Origin: Paraglomus brasilianum
Taxonomy: Eukaryota
Direction: 5' to 3'
Assembly (NCBI GenBank): GCA_910592345.1
Contig: CAJVPI010000077.1
Location: 1-60,095 of the forward strand
Length of the DNA stretch: 60,095 nucleotides
The translations under genes and the position numbers were made by a program. The notes under the pieces are model-generated. The model saw only the letters and a program-made list of their open reading frames with translations. It ran no database searches and was not told the DNA's origin. Below are positions 52,479 through 60,095 of this stretch, in pieces. The first letter of the stretch is position 1; every line of letters starts with the position of its first letter.

Positions 52479-55400
52479 ATGCAGTTAGTAGAAACCTTAC
52501 AGTCAACCATTTGCTCTCCTGACGCGTCCACGGTGATTATGCATACCAAGCGTTTTCTAATTATATAATCATACTAACAAACTTGTTTGTAGGAACTCAA
52601 ACCGGCGATATTTCAGAATGCTCTCGTGTGGTATTTTCATGCGCAAGTTCAACATCCGCTCAGAGCTCTTTATGGATATAAAAAGGCATTCTTTTTGTTA
52701 ACCAAGAATTCCGTTGCTGACAAAAAAGCAGTAAGATACAGAAAATTAAATTGTTCAAAAATGAGATTAAGGATTACACGGGTATTCAATGACTTGTCAC
52801 AAATATCTCGCATGGACGAAGGCCAGTCTTATTCGAGAACTTGAAGCAACGCCCCGAATTGTGATTAGTTCAAGAGCTACCGATAAAAAATGGTTTCTGG
52901 GTGGAATTGAGGTATCGTTTACCCCTTTGTAATTGCTCGAGTCTTAACGTTTATATTATCAGATTCACTAATTCAAATTATAGCCAATTTCACGCGAGAA
53001 TGTCATCGAGTATAGAATGAAAGCAGACCAGACAACATTGGAGCCACTTTCTCAGGAAGATGCCAGGTTGTTGTTCGAATTAAAAGGTCTATTATTCGAC
53101 AGCTAATAATATCATTCATGCGATTGCAGAAAATAAATTGACAAACACCCATTTCTACAGATACTACCTTTCACTCCTTAGTTTAGTCCAATCATACCAC
53201 GAAGAAGCCAAGAATCTATCTGCGGTGTTTGCGTCCTGTGTAGGTACAAAGTCGTACATAGGATTGGAATTGGACTTTGATGGTAAATATCTCTTTTGCA
53301 GTTTTTGCTTTCGAACTGTAACCGACTTGATATACAGATGAAAAATGATCTCAGGTGGCATTACGAGGAATTCTACCCGGCAAACGAATATGTTGAAGAG
53401 ACTTTATGTGGTAGAAGATGATGGTTGGTATTGAAACTGAATCTTGTCAGCTGACGCGTTGGGTAATCTCACAGCCGTTCCGTTAAATTGTAGGTGAAAT
53501 TTCAAGTGTCCAAGGTGAAGAATTCAAGAGCATACCATCTTTAGATCAATTGTTAGAAAGGTATCGAGATGCAATGGGTCAGGAAAAGAATAGCTTAGAG
53601 GTATTTGATCAGTCAATACGAGTTGACAATATCCGTGAGCTCTATTGAATTTCATAATTAATGATTATGTAGACTTTATCGGGACAGGTCTTTGCTAAAT
53701 ATCACCTCGATCTAACGCTGGGAAAGAAGGTACCCGACATGGTTGCTCCAAAGCTTACACATGCAACCACTTTTTCTTCTTACCTAACTAGACCAAGCAT
53801 TAGGATCTTAAGGAATCTCTTAGTACAATCACTCTTGAAATATGCTGGCAAGACATCCATCAACCATTGTCACCGCCACCATCTCTTGCGGCTGTCTCTC
53901 TGGTAACTTATTTCAGTTTGGTACATTCTTTTCGCATTAGACATTACCTAATACAGTTTTAGAACATCAATATTGTTAGCGGTGAATGCGATATTGTGAA
54001 TCATCAGCCAACATATGGACTTCTTGTCGAATTAACCAGACTCATCAAATGGTACCTCGCGGCTTTCTCCGGTGACGATTGGGGAACCAACGTGACGGAG
54101 TCAATGGATGAGACTGTTAATGGAATTGCGCAAACAGTCAGAGTATTCCTTGAGGGTTCGTAACTATTGCAGATGAAATTCCGTGCAATGTAAATTTTGA
54201 CTACATTCTACTCTGCTCACCAAAGATGTGAGGTTCGAAGGAAGTGTTTCGAATATAGGCGATGAGACGACTACTTCTTTCATGAGTTTTCAAAATTCTT
54301 CGTTGATGCAAAGGAAGGATCTAGATTTTACAGAAAAACTATGGAATTTTTGTCAAGGTGATATTTGTTAATTGTCAGTATTTAGAAAATCTAGTTTGCA
54401 TTGCTGAATATAATTATTACTCAACTAAATGTTCAGGAGCCAAAAACCATACAGATCTTGTTGCTGCATTGGCTGTTGTATTTGAAGAATTAGAAGCAGG
54501 AAAACTCCAACCAACGGTATTGCAATCGTTAGCATATACACCCGTTAGCGTATACACCCGTCAGCTTATATCACAGCTTTAATATTTTTATCTTAGTGCC
54601 ACAAGGATAACCACTCAAGCTTTGCCAATACAATACGTGAATGTCTTAAATTGGCGAGAATACAAACATCTACGGATTACAATGATGTCAAGGAACACAT
54701 TCACGATATTTTCAACTTCTGGTTGGGACAACCTCTAGAATGTATGATTGAAATTGGATTATTCAAATTGAAAAGAGACTATTGTTATCATTTGATTGGT
54801 GAGTTTTCTTTAAGAACACGCCTGACTTGTGGAAACACTTAAGCAGATGATTTATTATGTTATTCGTTATTAGCCTTTTTTTTTTGTACAGCCACTTCTT
54901 CTAATTGTTACAATTTGCTTATGGTCATTATTTAGGAAATGATTTGGTAACCTGGAGCGAATTGGTAAATTGCCAGTCCTAAAAACCTCCCCTCTTAATA
55001 TATTTCGAATAGTAATCAATGTGTCGTCCCATTCACGCAGGAGCCTTTTCTCGACGCGACACAACAACTTTCGGAGCAAATAGAACGATTGCGTCAGCTT
55101 CATCGAATTGTGGAAACGTGGTCCTTTGTCAAACGTGCTTTACCTCAAGTTCCTTATGAGAGCATGCGAAATCTTATCCAGACACTAGTTGACTATTACA
55201 AACGGTTTCCTGTAGATGAGATAAACAATCCGCGGGTCCAGACACCTTTATCATGTACAGTGTATCTTCCTAAATACTCCAGTGCCACAGAGAAATTGAT
55301 TACGGATCTTTTTAAGAGGTAGGATTGGATGACAGTTACATGATGCATATGGAATTCTAATTCTTCTTTAAAAAGCAGTAAGGAGACTATTTTACCGACG

Positions 55401-55779
55401 TATTGGGAGATGTCGATTAAAGAGGATCTGGCAGAGAAGGCGGGGGAATTAGTATCACATTCAGTCAAAAGATACAACGATATCTTTTTCGTTCAATTCG
55501 TTCAATTAGACAAGCTTAATGAAAAACGCGAAACACAGGATGGTATATGATACAATTTTTTTGCAAGGAACGTATTGTCGTTAGTTTGTATCAAAGCCAA
55601 TATATGTAATCCACTTTCTAATTTTATATGCAGTCATGGAAACGGATGATAATGTCTTCGCTGACACGATGGACGAAGAAATGGCTTTGACTGGAGCAGG
55701 GACCGAGCTAATAACGAATAAAAATCACAATTATCAGATGACTGTCGCAACGAGTCAAATGCGATACCGTTCGCAATAA
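52479..55779 (+). CDS. ZWILCH: Zwilch (RZZ kinetochore complex subunit), many exons
   Basis: RKDLDFTEKLWNF, ELEAGKLQPT, PLECMIEIGLFKLKRDYCYHLIG and EQIERLRQLHRIVE match the Zwilch C-terminal half; start and end inferred from spliced frames. Confidence 0.85.
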
Positions 55780-55887
55780 AGAACATACTGTTTTAGCCAA
55801 TGCAAATCTTTAATGTTTTATTATTAGTATTATTCAAAGAATTAAATAAGATAATCAAATCATCCTGGTGAATATATAACCCGTCAT

Positions 55888-57717
<1,830 letters not shown>

Positions 57718-57911
57718 AATGCAGAATGTGTTGTTCTAAGTTTCGGTTAGGAATATGTTTCTTTGAAACTCAATTGAGCTCGATGCCTTTATATGTTCCA
57801 ATTATCTACATCTTGATGTTAATAATAAGCATGCTTGTTAGTATGTGATTAGATCAATACCTGCATCTGATCTTTGATGAGAATTAAGATTATCAGTTAT
57901 TGCCACAATTA

Positions 57912-58016
57912 GAGATTGGCTAAAAGCGGAACAGTTTTTTTGTAATTTCATTGGTTGAAATACAAATTTGACCAATATAATTACAAAAATCAGGTCACGT
58001 TTCTACTCCGCTTTAG
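57912..58016. mobile_element. Second, more degenerate copy of the 47816 MITE, ~200 bp upstream of ARG4
   Basis: GGCTAAAAGCGGA...CATTGGTTGAAATACAAATTTGACCAAT...CAGGTCACGTTTCTACTCCGCTTTAG, colinear with 47820-47916. Confidence 0.8.
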
Positions 58017-60095
58017 AATTAGATATTAACAATCAATCTATGATTTCATCATCGTAAGATCAGGCAATGCTAATACTGTGTATCATTAAAATCCCGAATT
58101 CAATATTTTAGTCCGCATAAAGAACAAATCACGAGGAATAACCAAGCGCAAGATTGATACTGTATGTGGCTTTCAAGACATGTTTTATCTACTGTAGGTT
58201 TCTCTTCTCATATTATTTAATATTATCAGATTTTCTTCAATAAAGAATACACTGCGGTAGGTACCTGTCCATGTGCGAATCACTACATATTTCTCAATAA
58301 TCAATATGCTGTAGAACCACTCCTGAATGCTCATATGTAACCTGCAAGTCCTAGAGCAGATTCCAAGTCTCTGATCATTGAATTCTATATAATGCCATTA
58401 GTATTCGCAGTATGCTATATAATCAGAGTCTGTCTTGACCGCCTCAAACTAGCAACAGGGCAAGCAATACTAGCATCCTCGTAATCCAAACAGTGACAGT
58501 ATAATACTACCGATGTCATTTTCGCATTGGTCAGCTATTTAAATCTTGTTTAGCGTGCAAAAAGGTCAAAAGCATAAACCGAATTGTGCGCCTGCTTGTT
58601 TTAACGTAAAGTGATCAGCGTGAGTAATGATAGCGCAAACCTTGTTTGAATTATCTTATCTCGCTTCATTCACGATCGATAGCATAGGGAGACGTGGAAG
58701 ATATGTACAAACACGTTGTTATCTAATGCATCCATCCACAAGTCTCACGATATAAGGCAACCTTATTTTATCCCCAAGTCGATAAATATTATTATTCTCG
58801 GGCTCTCAAACCAGTAACTCTTCTATCGCATACAAAATCTGCTACGTCACTATAATTGTTGATTTTAATGGTGATACGTTGTAGTCACACGGGTATGGGA
58901 TAAGAAGGGGATATTGAGTTTAGATAAGTATACAGATAAGAACTGTAATTAATAAATAATAGTAATCACCCTTCTCATTTGGTTTGGTTTGTCTTTTGAA
59001 GTAAACAGTTCTGTTTTTGGTTTTCTAAATCGACTGAAAACGCGTTTTTGCAGGTTTGCCAAAGAATGGGATAGCGGTTCCACGGGTATCACTAGTGTTA
59101 CTTTGTTACTGGTGTTTCCCATTTGAGGCAATATTGTGTTTTCCAAGTTCATATTTTGCCATTATATTCAATTTTAACATTCCAATTGCATTACTTCGCT
59201 TTCTGTTCTGCGTCGAAACACAACAATGACGAATTTTATGTTACATAATGCAAAAAAGTGTGTTCTTAATAATGTTATACTTTGAAGTTTTAATAATGCA
59301 TCTGTATCAGTATTTTTTTTTTCCAAGAGTTTGGACATTAGTATATCAGATTACAATCGCATATGAAAACTTATATTTATTATTATAAACATAATAATTT
59401 TATCTTTCATCAACATTGGCTTTCTGTTTTGAAAAATGAGTACATGGTAACATGATTAATTTTCTATTAGTGAAACGGTACTATAAGTTATAATGCGATT
59501 GACACCATTTTTCTTGACAGTTTTAGGGTTGGTTTGTCGCTGGTAGAAGGTTTAGAGTTGAGGCAGAAGGCCCTTTCCTTCACGTAACGCGCAAATTTTG
59601 TTTGCGAATTTTTATCTTTAGATTTTATTTTAAGTTTTCTGCTTCAAGCTTTTTTTGTTTATATCAGCCAAACTAATTGTGAGGAGAACAAGTCTAAGTA
59701 AAGAATTCAACATTCTTGTAAATTTGTCTTTATGAAACAAATGATTATTGAACGATTACACTAATCAAATATGCGTGAATTCGTTGCCAGGTTTATAAAC
59801 TATGTTCGAGTTTATCAAGCATCCCACCAGTTTTTATTAAAATACTGGCTATAAAGGTTGGATTCGATAATTGAATTTAGATACATTGAACCCTCAGAAT
59901 TATCACTTAGAGCCTTTGTTAAACATGTCGGAGAGCACCTACCCCAAAACCAATTTCGGCTTGGTACTTTTTAACCGTACACAAATCCCATTTGAACTAG
60001 TCGATTCACAGATTCACATACACTCGTACCCCGTTTATATCCCTACCCAGTTATATCCCACCCCCGGTTATATCCCCGAGTTTTGTAAAAACAAA

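Noticed and set aside
52912..52983. ZWILCH intron with GTATCGTT donor and TCTTAAC
   Set aside because: Donor deviates from the U12 consensus at +6 and a U2-type CTAAT lies nearer the acceptor; treated as U2.
58100..58560. Minus-strand exon-like fragments upstream of ARG4
   Set aside because: Too degraded to assign a family.

Overview
AT-rich, intron-dense eukaryotic DNA. Gene content (SEL1 arrays, Uma2-type nuclease, Rab2, Zwilch, a U12-type intron, short 70-90 nt introns) points to an early-diverging fungus, most likely Glomeromycotina (inference). Recognisable multi-exon genes are Siva-like, GID8, DUF202, STB6-like, CHERP-like, RAB2, TAD1/ADAT1, GDA1, a BBE-like FAD oxidase, ZWILCH and ARG4. 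They are interleaved with accessory DNA: a SEL1 array with an inverted partial copy of itself, two copies of a ~2 kb unclassified repeat, MITEs, and a decayed intronless primase + UL9-like helicase gene of probable giant-virus origin. Non-obvious items read from the sequence are a canonical U12 minor intron, two intronic box C/D snoRNAs in GID8, a duplicated first exon that preserves a MITE empty site, and a candidate poison micro-exon in CHERP. All exon boundaries and family calls were made by eye without database searches.
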